Assembly (NCBI GenBank): GCA_028023455.1
Contig: JAQFVV010000002.1
Coordinates: 33,294,001-33,358,000 of the forward strand
DNA from: Epiperipatus broadwayi
Lineage: Eukaryota; Animalia; Onychophora
Direction: 5' to 3'
DNA length: 64,000 nt
Shown: positions 12,030-27,187 of the stretch, piece by piece
Layout: each line of letters opens with the position of its first letter
How positions within the stretch are numbered: the first letter of the stretch is position 1
The notes under the pieces: model-generated
What the model was told of the DNA's origin: nothing
Database searches by the model: none
What the model saw: the letters and a program-made list of their open reading frames with translations, nothing else
Translations under genes and position numbers: made by a program

Positions 12030-12860
12030 GTATCCCATAAAGACGTTGCCAATTGAAGATTGTTGCTCAGTTTAAAATCAATTTCAGAATTCACATTGTA
12101 TCTCAGAAAGTATCTTCTCAATGAATTTCTATAGAATACTCAAGCAAGTATTGCAGCTACATGAGTTTTTTTTAGAGTTGGTCACTTGTTATTTTAAAAT
12201 GTCACAATTTTATCACAGCTATACTGTGAAAGATCTCACTGTTATCACAATATTGATTAAAAAGTGTGTAAAGGTGTGAAGCAGAAATGATATATTATTC
12301 TCTTATAAATTCCAGTGGCGATGTGATCTAAATTTGTTTCATTTCTTCATGACAAGTTCAAAGTAGCATAAGAAATTATTTTCTCATAGGGTTCACCATA
12401 TAATTTAGATATTTTAAAGATTGAATATAAACCGACAGAAGCTACAATCTGCAGCAGGTTTATTATCATTAACATAGTTTGAATAATATTCAACTGATAT
12501 TTCAATCCACATCAGTAAGGGGTTCATTGCACGATATTTTATGAGTTGCTTTTGCAACCAATATACACATTGTTTCAACACACGACATTGGAAACTTTCT
12601 AAATTACAGAACCAAGATTGTCTAATAATTTGTGCACTAGTGATTTAAACCTACAATAGTATTTTAAAAAACTTTTGAAAGTTTTTATTTGTAATTTAAT
12701 AATATATATAGTTTTCATTTTAACAAATGTGGCAAGAAAAGCTGCCTATTCTTCTACTCAATCCACAAAAAATTCAGAAATTTTACAAAAATCATTTTGC
12801 TTTCAAAGTATTCCAATTTTCATTTATAACGCTTTTACTTTCCTCCTATACGTTGCCTGA
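12030..12860 (-). mobile_element. Decayed Penelope-like element, GIY-YIG endonuclease / 3' end
   Basis: rc SVI*KVSNVVC*NNVYIG (cf. GVVYKIxCxxCxxxYIG) near 12560-12620, followed by a TLN...RNE...IYK..I C-terminal pattern. A two-mismatch hammerhead-like CTGAGCA-ACAAT-CTTCA-ATTG-GCAA-CGTC lies at 12038-12075. Confidence 0.55.
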
Positions 12861-14302
12861 ATTTATGTACATGTATATGATTAATTTTGATCTATATTGA
12901 AAGTCTATACTGTGTCATGTGATTTTGATGGTATTCAAGTGCTGGTTACTTACAAGATGAATATATTAGATGCTAATGGTATGATTTGAATAGCATTAAT
13001 ATATCTTAAAATGATTTGATACTAGAAGTATTTGGTTATGCAAATTTTATTTCGAAAACAAAATGCAAGAAGTTTCAAACCATTTTCATGTATTTTATCA
13101 ATACTATAGTAATTGAAATGCATTAGCCACAACAGTGCACTAAATCCCAAAGAAATTTATGACATGCTGCAAATTATTACCATAAAATTATTTTTGCCTT
13201 CTGCTATTTCTTTAAACTTTCAACACATATCTGCTGATGAATTTGAAAAGGTATTAAAATCAAGCATACATCAATTCTAACTTAATCAATATATAAAATC
13301 CAACATTCAAATCAGATCTAGACAGCAGGCACATAAATCAAGCCAAATCTTATTAAAACTCAATTTACCCAATATAACACTCAGTAATATATCACATATA
13401 TTACAAATCTATGACTGATTATAAATTTACATATAACTAGGCTGAGAAGTTAACAGCAGATATATTATTTTAATTCTGTATTTTTATTATACCTGTATTT
13501 GCATTTACACAATTAAAAAAAAACAAAGGAAAAAGAGGGGAAGTATTATACATAATGCAAATCATTACTTAAAAAATAATTTAACTATGTACATTTTTTA
13601 AAAAATCTACCTTTTGGATAAGGGATAATCATAACTGTGTTTTTTTTTTTAAAAAAATATTACTGTATATTAAATAAAGATATAACAAAATGAATAACAT
13701 TAAGTCACTATTTAAAAAAAGTTTTTAATCCTCAAGTTTGTAGCCAATCAAATTATTAGAAAAACGTGAATGCGTGTTTAATAAAAAGAAACCAATGTAT
13801 AGCTACTTAATTAAATAGGATTAAACAATTACAGTATTCTAAAATTGATGTAATAAAATGTTCCAAGCTTTAAAAAATTGATATAGAAGTACAACTCAGA
13901 ACCTTTTTTTTTTTTTTATAGAATAAAAAAATTACTTTTAATAAATATGGAGATTCATCATTATTAATAGATACCTAATTAACAGTTTCATTTATAAATA
14001 AAAGTAAAAAAAATAAAATTACTTAATCAGAATAAAAATATTAGCAAAAGGTAGTTTGTTAAAAAATAAATAAATTATATTATCTTTAATAACCTGACTT
14101 AAAAAGCAGTTTGAGATAATCCACTTTTAAATATTTGTTTACTAATACCTCTTTCAATAGTTTATTGTTGATTAAGCCGAATACTATTGGTGAAGCATTC
14201 AAATATGGAATATGATTATTATCACTCGAATTTCTTTGTATCACTTTTAAATGAATCACAAAATTAAATAATATTTTTTCATATTATAATCCAATTTTAT
14301 AG

Positions 14303-14473
14303 TTTTCATCCAATTATATCGATGAAAATGATTTCTCAATAATGGATCAGCCCCCTACCAGACTTGATCAGAACTGCAGAATACAGCCAGCCGCATTCAT
14401 GCCTCCATGGTTTCATAATGACCTTGAGCAGTACAGAAAGGCCTCTTCGAATTATTCACAACGTATCAGGTGA
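14303..14473 (+). other. Open frame / exon-like segment just upstream of YY1
   Basis: TTTTATAG| at 14302, frame open to TGA at 14471-14473 (ATG 14342: MDQPPTRLDQNCRIQPAAFMPPWFHNDLEQYRKASSNYSQRIR), possible donor AG|GTGACC at 14469/14470. Confidence 0.3.
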
Positions 14474-14559
14474 CCATTCTTTACAATTGCTTATAAACTA
14501 AGACGAACACCTAACAGGATTAAAATCCACTGCGAACAAGGTTAGGGAGACAAAAAATA

Positions 14560-15201
<642 letters not shown>

Positions 15202-15430
15202 TAATTTCGCTTTTATTTTTTAATTTTTTAACTATAAATAATAACTTTATAATTAAATTTTGCAAAATAACTGGAAAAATGCCAGCAAAAAAGCCAATTT
15301 AGTGTGGCGTTGTCGTCACTGTTGTCCGTCGTTGAAAGGGCTAACCCATATGTTCTCTTAACATAGTGAGATTGTTGTACTTTTATAGATTTTAGTATTC
15401 TACATAGTTTTTGTTCAATGTTTTGATTTT

Positions 15431-15520
15431 GTCGGCAGCCATGTACGAGTGCATGGGCGCCGCCATCTTCCCTTGCAAAATGGCTGACTCTGCATCATGG
15501 CGGACGGCAGCCATTTTCAA
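15431..15520. promoter_or_regulatory. YY1: Cluster of five YY1-binding motifs in YY1 intron 1
   Basis: CAGCCATGT 15436, GCCGCCATCTT 15459, AAAATGGCTG 15477, ATCATGGCGG 15494, GGCAGCCATTTT 15506. Confidence 0.85.
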
Positions 15521-15685
15521 GCACTTCGGTAGAATCGCTACTTGCAGAAAACACTCGTATTTATACATAATTCTGCTTCATTAATTTTTTTAATTATTAT
15601 AAAAATATGCAGTGAAGTTTAATAAAGAGTTTGGTGATAATTTTATTAATGTCTTTTAGTTTTAAATGCCTTTAAAAAATGATGA

Positions 15686-15892
<207 letters not shown>

Positions 15893-16599
15893 TAAGTTTT
15901 AATTTTTTTTATCCCCTCCCCGCCAGTTTTTTTTTTTTTTGAAAGCAGTTAAAAAAAGAAAATTATGAATTTTATAAATGTAAAACAGATTTATATTTTA
16001 ATACTAAATTTCTTTTTTTTCTTCCGTAGAATTAATTAATTTTTATTTATTTAAATAAAATCTGAAACGGAAAATTGTTTAACCAATTCTATAATTTATT
16101 TAAATGACTAAAGGATTTTTTAAATCGTAATTTAAAAAGTGGTAAAACACTCATTTTTAATTTTGTTTTAGAAATACAAATTTTACATATTATTTACGAT
16201 AATTTATAATCATTTGTTAGATTATTTCTATAATTTAGTATTAATTATTAAATGTCTAGAAAAATTCAAACTTTATTTAACTTTTTAAAAGAAATCGCAA
16301 ACCGGTTGATCTGTGACAGTACTAGCATGGGAATTGAAAGTGGTACTTTTAGATTAATGAATATTAATATTAAGATATTCTAACAAACTAGTCTATTTTA
16401 TGAAAGCTAGTAGTCAATTGAGATTTTATATACTTATCTATAAGGATCCTTGTTTTTTTTTTTTTTTAAGAGCAAAGTAATCACCAATTTGATGTGTAGG
16501 GTGTTCACCATTATGTGAGCAGCTTCTTTAAATTTTTTTTTTAATCTTTCCTTTCTGTCCAATATTCTTGTCTTTCTTAGTCAAATATATCGTTTTCAA

Positions 16600-17030
16600 T
16601 CATTGTCAATCTACTGCAGGATGAAAGTCTCCCAAGTTCAATCCATCTCCCATCTCTAGCCTCCCTTCTCCACATAATCCCAGCACATTTCCTTATTTCA
16701 TCCATAACATCTCACATGTCTCTTCATATTCGTTTAGAATCCAGTAAGATTTCAATTGTCCTTCTATTATCTCTATGTGCAGCTCAACTCCACTTCAGTT
16801 GTTTAATTCTTTCAATGATGTAACAACTATTTGTTTTCTTTCCGATGTACTTAGGTTTCAATCTCTTCTTGTTACTTACTCCTAACATGCATCTCTCCAT
16901 ACTTTGTTGAGTGATCTGAAGTCTTTATTGCCCTTAGTCATGGATCCATAAATATGAACTAATAATACACATTTATTAAAAATCTTTCTTTTCAAACTCT
17001 TAGGCATTTTCCATTTAACATTAAGTTATT
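16600..17030 (-). mobile_element. Decayed RTE 3' fragment
   Basis: Colinear with 2360-2830 (CCACTGCAGAATGAAGGTCTCTCCAAG-like end), many substitutions. Confidence 0.8.
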
Positions 17031-17779
17031 TTTATATATTTATTGCTACAAACATGATCCTATATTTTAAATAAATTGGATTTTTTTTTTTTTTAATAAT
17101 TATTTTGTAATAGCTCTGCTTAGATTGATGCAAGAGTAGAGGATCAAATTGGAATATAAGATCCTTGGATCGATTTCAGTTCTGACACTCCTGCGGTCAA
17201 ACTTTTTACAAATTTACTAATAATATAGCCATTCAGTTGTTTTTTATTTTTGATTTTTTAAGTAATTTTTAATAGGATGGTTTCACTATTATCTTTACAT
17301 AATATTTCATAGAATAAATTATTGTTTTTCAGCATAGAGGTTAGGATTTCTCAAAATGTGCCACAACTTTAGAAAGCTGTTTTCATATTATATTGATTGC
17401 ACCATATGTATGAGGGAAATCAGATAAATTAAAGAAAATCTCACACAATATAATATCACAACAGCTTTCAAAAGTCATAACTCATTATTAGGAATTCTAA
17501 CTACAAAATCTAAATTGACTATACAGAAAAACAAAAACTGCACCTAAGAAATAACGTGTAAATGTGGAAAGATATATATTGATGAAACCAGTATCTCCCT
17601 AAAAAGATGATTAAAAGAGCACTTAATAATGATTAAAAAGAGATATATTTAAAATAGCAGACTATACATGTACCAATCGATATATGTTCAGTTGGGAAAA
17701 ATGAAGAAGATTGAATAGAGAGAAATAGTTAAAAAGAAAGTAATTTATAGAAGCTGTTCATATGAAATGGCAACTTAAG

Positions 17780-18090
17780 TCAATCTAGTGTGATAATTGA
17801 TAATGTTTGGAAACCATTTATTAACTTTGTCTCTAAGAAAAAATGGAGAAATCTATAGATAATCTATAAAATTTAACTGTTGTCTTTGACAGATTAATCT
17901 CGTGGATTGGAGCATCATTTCAGATTCAGTATTCATAAATTTAAAGGTCCCAATTTCAATTCCTGTGCTAGTACTATCACTAATCAGGTCAGCAATATCA
18001 GAAAAAGAGGGAACCTAGAAGTGTGTTATATATTAACCTGTGCTAATAACTGTTTGAATATTTTTAAAGACATTTAGGAATTGATACTAG
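17780..18090 (+). repeat. Unclassified dispersed repeat (family F), copy 1
   Basis: Colinear similarity to 53740-54095 (GTGATAATT.ATAATGTTTGGAAA ... TAACCTGTG ... TTTTAAAGACATTTA). Confidence 0.65.
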
Positions 18091-21000
18091 ATATGGAAAT
18101 GTACATAAGAAAATTGTTATCATAAACTTTCAGTCAAACATTTAAGATAATATTTGAATCTTTATTTATTTATTCTTATTAACTTTTTTTTTTTTTTTTA
18201 ACATATAAATATGTTGAAAAACGGTGTAATTATAAGATAATGAAGATATGGAAAAAAGTTTGACATGCAGTATACATATCTTGGAATCTTGAATTCTAAA
18301 TAAAAGATAAAGCAATTGTTGATAATTAATGTAGAAGTGTGGAAAATAGTTATGTTGGGTTAACCTTCATTGATATATAAATAAATAGAATGGATTTTAG
18401 GCTCAAACTGCCTCATAAAAAAAAATGGAGTAAATAAGATAGAAATAGACTAACTTATAATAGAAAACAAATATAATGAAAAGAGAACAATTATTTTTTT
18501 CAGGATAATATATATAAAAAGATCCAAATATTAATTTAAGGAAGTGAAAAAACTTTTCTACATTTTTGTGATAACGGAGAATTTATAATAAAAATTTATG
18601 AAAAATAATGATGAAATTGTAGAGTTAAATGATGAATTTTGTTTGCAAAACAGAAAAGACAACAAAGAAAATAAATTTGGAAAATCCAAATCTTTATTTA
18701 CTTGTTTTTCTTCAAAAATTATTAGGATAATTTTCTAATAGGTCATTTCATTTTAATACGATTATTATTTTATATATTGAAATCTAAATACAAACATCTC
18801 ATTTATTTATAAACCTTTGGATTATGTCATTTATTATGTTGATGTTTTATTATAAAAAGTTGTCTTTATACTAAAAAAAAAAAAAAGTAATAATTTGGGT
18901 ACAATAAGATATATATCTCTTACGAAAGTCAAATTTTTTAATTTTACATTTTTCCTCAAAGAAAATAATCAGTTGCCTTAATAATCATTTAATGAATTAT
19001 TTTTAAACATCACCCCCCATTCCTCTTAGTTTATCATAGGCTTATTATAAACAAATATGTGACTAACACATTTTTTATAGGATGGCTTTAACTATTTTTA
19101 TTCATTCTCAAAACTCAATATTTTGGTACATTTTTTTTTCAGTAGGTTTGTAGAAGGTTATTGTAAAGTATATATTTATATCAGGTCTCTGACCGATGGC
19201 AAATAAAGGAATTTGGCAATAAGATCCTACTAATGGTAGTTGACATTGCATGCCATTCTTTTAACAGGTTTATAGTATCATCTGAATTTAAAGTTACATT
19301 ATAAATTTTAATGAGCCTTTGCATTGTTAAAATATATAATAAATCAAAAAAGACTATATGGAATTTGCATATGGGCCAAAAAATTTAATATTAAATATCA
19401 GTTTTAAATTAGTTTTGGAAAGAAAGTCAGAATTGTTGTTTCATACTTGTGTTTTTTTTAAACATTTATTTAAAAAAACGATTAATATATATGATCTGGA
19501 AAACAAGAATAAACATTAATGGAAGGTGAATTAATGCATTAACTAAATGTTTGAAAATTATTGAAAATTTGTTAGTAGTTTAGTTTTTGAATGAAAATAA
19601 ATTGTAGCAAATGAATCTTAAAATAGAAAGCTGAAACAAACGGTTTAAAATAGGGAAAGAATTGATGTATCACATTGTAGATTTTAAATATACTTGTATC
19701 TGTAATTGCCTTTTTCAGAAGGAATGACTATAATAGCAAAATAGTTTTACATTTAAAGTAGGTGTTTAATCACATCATGTACACATTGATAAGAGCACAT
19801 AAGCTTTGAATAAGTTGTGCATTGTATTCAGTGTAGTAAAGACATTACGAAACCTTTCACCATATCATTGCCAGTCAAACAGTGGTATGATCGTAGGTTT
19901 GTGTGCAACTAGATAGTTCCTGTTTTGAAGTTCAACTTGTGCATTATGTTGAATAATTGGATATCTATGTCAAGGATGCTTCAGAAATTCATTGTAGAAA
20001 TACTCTTGCAGTATACTTATGAGAATGGTCTTTCACCTCTGATCTTTTTCCTCATGAATGGTATCCTGCCTTTACACGAGGGAAATCCTGCAAACACTGA
20101 AGAAAACAATAATGTATACATATATATTTCAATTCTTGCTGCCATCAAAATTAGCTCTTTCTAAATATGTCTAGCTATATTTATTTTAACAAACACTTTT
20201 AATCAGTCATTATAAAACAATAATTTATATTTATAGTAAACTGTAAATATATATCTTATCAAATATATAAAATATTTTTACTTTTCATAAAACCTTTCAG
20301 ATAATTTTTAATATATAATGAATTATAAAAACCACTTTATCTTTATTTATTGTGCGTCAGATTATTTCTTTTGCTCTCTTTGATGTTATCTTAAAAAGAG
20401 AAATCCTGAAATATTTTTGCCCCACTAATGTCATTTTAATTATATTGAATTTCATCTAATCAGATGTCTAAACATGACTTGACAGAAAATTTAATTTACC
20501 AAAAAATGTACAAATGAAATTAAGGCATGTGAATAACACATTTAATTTCCATAGATACATAATGCATAGTGTGCACCCATGAAAAGATGACCAGTTCTCT
20601 CCAAACTGCCTACGTCATCTCTGAATCAATGCATGTCCTGATATATTTTAACTATTTATTATAAAAATGTTACGTCGCTAGCATATTTGGATTATATGTT
20701 ACAACATGAAATGTGACAGCATGTTTCGTGCCTTAACCCATGATGAAATGTGCTGATTATTAATTTTTTTTTTTATTGGACAAAATTAGTGATTGAAACA
20801 TTTGAAATGATTCAAATTATATATGGTCATAAAGCCATGACTTAACAATAATATTTTTAAGTATTTTATAATATTGCATGATGGCAGGGAGAACATTGAT
20901 GATTTATGAAGGTGTGAAATATATTGTCACATTTCATCTCATAACTCATGATTGAGACATGCTAATATTTTTAAATTTATAGGACTGCAGGTAAGTTGGA

Positions 21001-22186
21001 GAGAGCGCTAATTACCTTTTCCCTAGGATATACTGTATTCAGTATTTGGGATCTATTAGAATGTGCTGCAAAGTTAGATATGATATAATATATAGCAACA
21101 TCTACTACTACAGTCTTTATGAAGTGTGTAAGACCATATTGAGTGGTTTATCAGGCTATTTGAGAGGACATATGCAAGCATTCTTCAGTAAATTTCTATA
21201 AATTTTTGTCAAGCAGGAGATGCAGACAATAAGCTGATCAAAGAATATCTAATTAATTGAGAGTTGTTCGATACTTGCTTGATGAATACCATAAGTTATT
21301 TTTATTTTCCATCAAAGTACGTAGAACTTATCATTTTACATATCAACAGACTAGCCTCTAACAACAGTTGTAGTCTTAGCCTTTCCTCAATATGGAAGTT
21401 GTTATAAGTCAGATTTTAAGTTTTATTTAATGTTATACCGGTGTGTGAACTGGATTTCCACAGTTAAACAGTAAGAATTTTTTTTCTAGCAATGATTTCA
21501 TTTGAATGTGTTGTGGACTTCCTTTTTGAATGAATACACAATGGGTCTAGCTTATAGCAACCATTGTACTGGTTGGATTTGTATGCTCATTCAACAAGAC
21601 CCAGAATCTGAGCAAAAGTACCTCAAATCCAGTCATGCTCAAGATACATGGGTCAGGAACAATCATGAATTCTAACCTATTTGCCCATTCCCCAAAACTA
21701 TCAACAACATCTCTGATGATACAGATGAATTTAATTCATTCCAGTCCCGGAGACACAGTGGAAAGATGTGTGAGACTATTGATGACTAATTAGCTAGACA
21801 ATGATACAGGCTAACAATTAACTAACATTTAAGATGTGCAAATTAAGTAATAAAAGAATTTATGGATGGAAAAAGGTGAAATAACTGAGCAAATAATTTA
21901 CGGTAAAATAAAGCTATATATGATGAGCATGATCTTAGGTAACCCAGACATAATGAATTCTTAAAATATAACATCATCAATAACTGGAGATTAAATTAAA
22001 TAATGATTCGAACTACTGAATAATTTAATATATACAAACTTTAATATTACATTGGCATAATCATATATACATTTGTGTTATATTTACAGATTCACGCAAA
22101 AGATGTACCGTTGCTTATTTACGGTTATATAATGATACCAGGTTAGTGTCGCAACTGATACATATATAAAGGTACAGTTAATGTAG

Positions 22187-23516
22187 TGCGGTTTTAATAT
22201 GCCAATATTAATTAAATAAACTTTCACATAATAATTTAACAATATTAACGCTATATTCGAATTGAGACAAATAGGTAATTAATGATCATTGAAACGTATA
22301 TAAATAGTAAGGCATTTGTTGTTTATGGTTATAGTATATATATAATCAAGATATGATCAATGCCACTTCTATCATACATCAAACATATACATAATAAATA
22401 ATACAATTAATGCCATTTCTAGTATTCATGAATTATTTGCACGAGAGGCAATAAGATAATTTACAATAAACACGATAGGAATACATTGCCACTTGCGTAT
22501 TTCATATATCAAGCTTTTATTCACCCATAGCTTTATGGGATTGATCAATATTAAATAATAACAAAAGAATTATTAACGCATCTGGCAATCGTTCATTTAA
22601 AGGGTGGTTAGCTTAATGCAAGCGTAATCACGACATTCTAAATACAACTAAATTAATGAATAACGTATGGTTTAGTATGATCATAACATTATGACTTATA
22701 GCTAGCTATTAAATAGCATGAATTTAATATATTAAGAAGTAGTGGTGTTAGCATGGATGGCAGCAATAAAAGGTTCAGCCGATGAGATGCTTCATCATTT
22801 TATTACAGAAAGGAATATGTTCACGATTCTCACAGATCCATATTTCAAGATGGAGTAGATAGGGAGATGTGATGGGTTGTCCCGGGGTCATCCCACCAGA
22901 GAATTCTCTCCTAGGGCGTAGACGTATACTCCGACTAAAATGAAGTACAATGAAAGTGATAGATTCGGAGTTCCTGACAATCCCCAAAATGACAAAGCAA
23001 AATATAAATATAAATCGAAATAGCACTGGCATCTATCTGCTAGCAATGCTGAGATAAGTAAATACATCCGTAAAGATGTTGACATGAATTAAAACCTAAA
23101 TTAAATCTAAATATCACACGTAATGGTGTGAACAGTTAGTAAACCATGTTATAATAATAACTTATTTAAATAATTACATGCATGTCATAATAATAAGAGC
23201 GTATTATCCCTTCACTAAACGAATCCCATTTACGTTGAAGTAAGCAATATGATATTATAATAAATAGCACGCTCATAAGGCATTACAAATAAGAAGTGAT
23301 TTCATTATAATCACAGAAATGATGGTCAAATTAATATATAATATTTAAAAATATGATTCAGTTAATAGTGTTAATAACTAACAATAAACAAATATCATTT
23401 ATAAAGATAGCGGCAATATGGCGATCTGCTATTAAACATAAAATTATTTAATCATTTTTCAACCTAGTGAGCGAGTACTTTGATAATGAAATTGAAATAA
23501 AATTAATTAAACCGCA
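22187..23516 (-). mobile_element. 3' LTR of an LTR retrotransposon
   Basis: Inverted termini TGCGGTTTTAAT ... ATTAAACCGCA; immediately adjacent CCCCCCTCCCCC is a polypurine tract on -. Confidence 0.6.
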
Positions 23517-24330
23517 TCCCCCCTCCCCCCAAGTTACGAGTTCTTATACACATAGACATACATTGGGTAAGATTGGCATATCAATTTTAAAATTAAATCA
23601 AAATACATAAACATAAAATATTAATTATAAAAATATACCACACTCAAGTAAAGAAAGAAAGAAAAGCATGAAACGGATGGAAGACATTACATGTTGATTT
23701 TGTAGGATTATAGAAAGTCATAAAACAAATGATTAAAAATAGATAGATATAACTGGCACTACATCGCCAGTATTAAGTAGATAAAGAATTAGATTATGAG
23801 ATTAAATAAAGTATATAAATAATTGAAATAGAATTAGTGAGATCTCTAGGCAGCATTGAATAGTTACCTCCTGATATTTTGCAGGTTGGCTGGCTGGATG
23901 AGTCCGTATTCTTGTGAGGCAGTTCATGTTCAAACATAGGTAGCACTTATTTCACTATTTAGTAGGTAGCATTTCCTTTGTAAATTATTTTTTACATTTT
24001 CTTAGGTAATCCATTGGTTTCTGGTTATTGAATGACAATGTAGAATGGAGATTATCTTGGAAAGATTGGGAAAAGATGAACTTGGCCCCTCTAGTTGACA
24101 GTCATAATATCAAAATTCTGAGTGACATGGATTTGGTTAGCCGCTGCACTTAGGAAATAACGCCTCCCTGCTGTATTAAATTTAGTCCTATTTATACTCA
24201 TTCGTATTATTTCAGGAATGCTTTTAGAAAATCACCCGAATAATGTGGATACCAACTTACCTTGTGTGATCTCTATCAGCAGTAAATGTGCCTTGGTCTT
24301 TATGTAGTAGAAGATACAATTTCTTGATAA
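23517..24330 (-). mobile_element. Internal remnant of the LTR element (PPT plus decayed coding sequence, possibly env-like)
   Basis: Position upstream of PPT/LTR on -; broken frames ending in a hydrophobic stretch; no diagnostic motif. Confidence 0.35.
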
Positions 24331-24341
24331 GTCCTCGAAGG

Positions 24342-24388
24342 TATTGTTCGAATCTATTTCTAGTTGAGAAATAGATTCGAATAAAATA
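24342..24388. repeat. Short near-perfect hairpin
   Basis: TTCGAATCTATTTCT-AGTTG-AGAAATAGATTCGAA. Confidence 0.85.
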
Positions 24389-25206
24389 TAATTTCCCTTA
24401 ACTATTTGTAACTAAAATTAATTGAATAGAGCGATTTTGTTAAATTTTACTAATGGATTGCTCTATTGTTCACTAAACTTACATTCTCTAATTGCTTTCT
24501 AGAACCTTCTTAAATATTGCATCAGCTTCTTCTACAATTTTATAATAAGTAATATTATAAAAATAAATAAATATTAAAACAAGCTCTATATATAACATTT
24601 GTAAATACAAGCTTATTAAATTAGGTCATGTGACATCGGACTTGATTTTTTTTTTTGTAATAATAAAACAAACATAACATTAATATTTACATAATACGTA
24701 AGTAACTGCTATATCTATAAACACACATGACTCTTGATTATTTAAGAAATTTAAGTTTCAATTAATTCTATAACTTATATATTTAAAATTATTTTTGGAG
24801 ACCAGGAAGAGTTATGTGTGTCTGTTTTGATTCACTATATTACCCAGGCACCAGATGGATGGGTTTAAACCCTACTTGGTGGTTAGTAAGGTGGTTGAAC
24901 AATGAACCATAAATTTGGATCACAGATTTGTCTCTTCACCATTGAAGTTGATCTTTAGAAAGTTATGAATTATTTACGTTGTTTTTGTTTCAATATCATG
25001 AGTTCTGCTATATCAAATGATTTTTCATGGGCAAAATCTATTGTTGGCACAAATATTTTGTTTTAGTCGAAAGTATATCGTGAATTCTTAGTCTGCTAAC
25101 AATTATGATCCAATGACTTTTCCTTAAGGAAGTTGGTATGAATTTTTTTTTCATACTGAAATCATTTTTTATGAATTAGTGTTAAGATTCATATAATTTA
25201 TTGTAT

Positions 25207-25826
25207 AGCTTAATAATAAGTATAGAGGAATTGAACTCATATTTTCAAGCACCTTTCAACTATCCACACTATCTCATACAACTGATACACATGACCACAC
25301 ACATGTAGAAAAGATTAATCACCAATATACGTATTTCATGCTAAACCAGCACTCATTAGTTGGTCCAGATTATCATCTCACACATATATACAATCAATGC
25401 TCAGTTTATATTAAGATAGCAAATCTTCATACTTTAATGGACAGGCTTCAATCCACTGCAACCTCCAACTTTTCAGCCATCCATATCGTTGAAAATCTGA
25501 TGATGAAAATTCAAATCCCATGCTGATGCTAATTATTAGCATCAGCATGGGATTTGAGTTTTCATCATCAGATTTATGGATTGAAGCCTGTCCATTAAAG
25601 TATATAGATTTGCTATCTTAATATAAACTGAGCACTGATTATATATGTGAGACATGATAATCTGGACCAACTGATGAGCGCTGGTGCAGCACAGAATACG
25701 TATATTGGTGATTATTGATCTTTTCTACATGTGTGTGGTCATGTGTATCAGTTGTATGTGATAGTGTGGATAGTTGAAGGGTGCTTGAAAATCTGAGTTC
25801 AATTCCTCTATACTTACAATTAAGCT
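25207..25826. mobile_element. 620-bp family B tail-out palindrome, one hammerhead motif per arm
   Basis: Near-perfect centre CATGCTGATGCTA-ATTAT-TAGCATCAGCATG. Right arm has a ~45-bp deletion. Left motif has CTAATGA; right motif (25666-25709) has AGAA in place of GAAA. Confidence 0.9.
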
Positions 25827-27187
25827 CCCAGGTTTGTGAAGAGTGCCTGGTTTTCAAATATTTATATAGCTTAATAAATAACTTTAAATTGTAATATTAT
25901 TTACAATTATTTGTATAAATGCTTTTTGATGGCTAACATATTTTTATTTCTTCTCATACAATTATTATTCACCGTAGTATCAGATTTTACTTGTGAAATC
26001 TCTTCTCTCTGGTTTGATTAATTTGCTGTCTTTGTTATTATTAACATTATAATACGATGCTAAATTCAAATTTTAAAGTGCAGTTTATTTTCAAATACTC
26101 TGAAATTTTATTGTAATCATTTTAACAAATTAGAAGTTATTTTTCAATGTTAATATTTTCCAAGCAATCTTTCAAGCCATTGTTTTGCTCATTTAATTAG
26201 CATTATCAAATTATTTTAAAAATTTAAAATTACATGTATTCGTATAATTAATAGAATCCATCAGAATTAGAATGGCTGAGGGAAAATTCTAACAAATGTA
26301 TTCAAGTTATTGTTTTCGCATAAGAGTTGTAATGTTAATAAATGTTTATATATTTGCTTTTTAAAATTGCTTTGATCATTCTTTTAAATTTAATTAAATT
26401 TTTTAGTTTGTTGTTTTTAAATAGTAAAGTAGTATGTAAGTATCCTAATAATGAATTAATAGTTTAATTATTTAGTATATATTACATGTTTAATGATGTG
26501 TCCTACAGCAACATTTGTGATTTCATGTCATAGAATAAATTCATATTTAAAGTAATTAAAATGATTTAATTGATAATTGTGAATAAAAGGGATTTAGGAA
26601 AACAAAAAAATAAATATATTGCAGATATTTTAATTCTAATATATATGTATAATTTTAGACAATCTTTTTCAAACTTTGCTTTTTTTAAAAAAACTAGTGT
26701 AAATTTAAATATTTATTTATAGAAATATTCAAAGTGAGTTAAATGTTAAATGGGAATGAGTTTTTTCTTAAAAAAAATTATAATAATTGAAATACAAAAG
26801 AATGGAATAGCTTTAACATTATTATTTATTTCCAAGATTTAATAATCTAAGAATTTATTAATGATTTTATTTTGAATAGCATATAGTTTTGTTTTTTTTA
26901 TATATATTTTTACATATTCATGCCTTTATACTTATGTGAGGATTTAATAAAATTTCAAAAAAAATAAAAATAAGTATTATTTGTCACGGATATGAAATAC
27001 ATCCTTTACTACTCAAATAATCATTTGCATTATTTTTTCCTGCTGGGTGATGGCGCTAATGTTTTTTATTTTGGGAATTGAAGATATCTGAATATAAATT
27101 TATCTTGGCCTTACTGCTTGTTATTGTAATATGTGCATTTATATATAACACAATAATACAATAAATGTTTACTAATAAAAATATTGT

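Noticed and set aside
22090-22141. AG...GT-bounded segment as YY1 exon 3
   Set aside because: Stop codon in the required phase; no YY1 similarity
22775-23085. Two minus-strand ORFs as genes
   Set aside because: Lie inside the putative LTR; no recognisable domain
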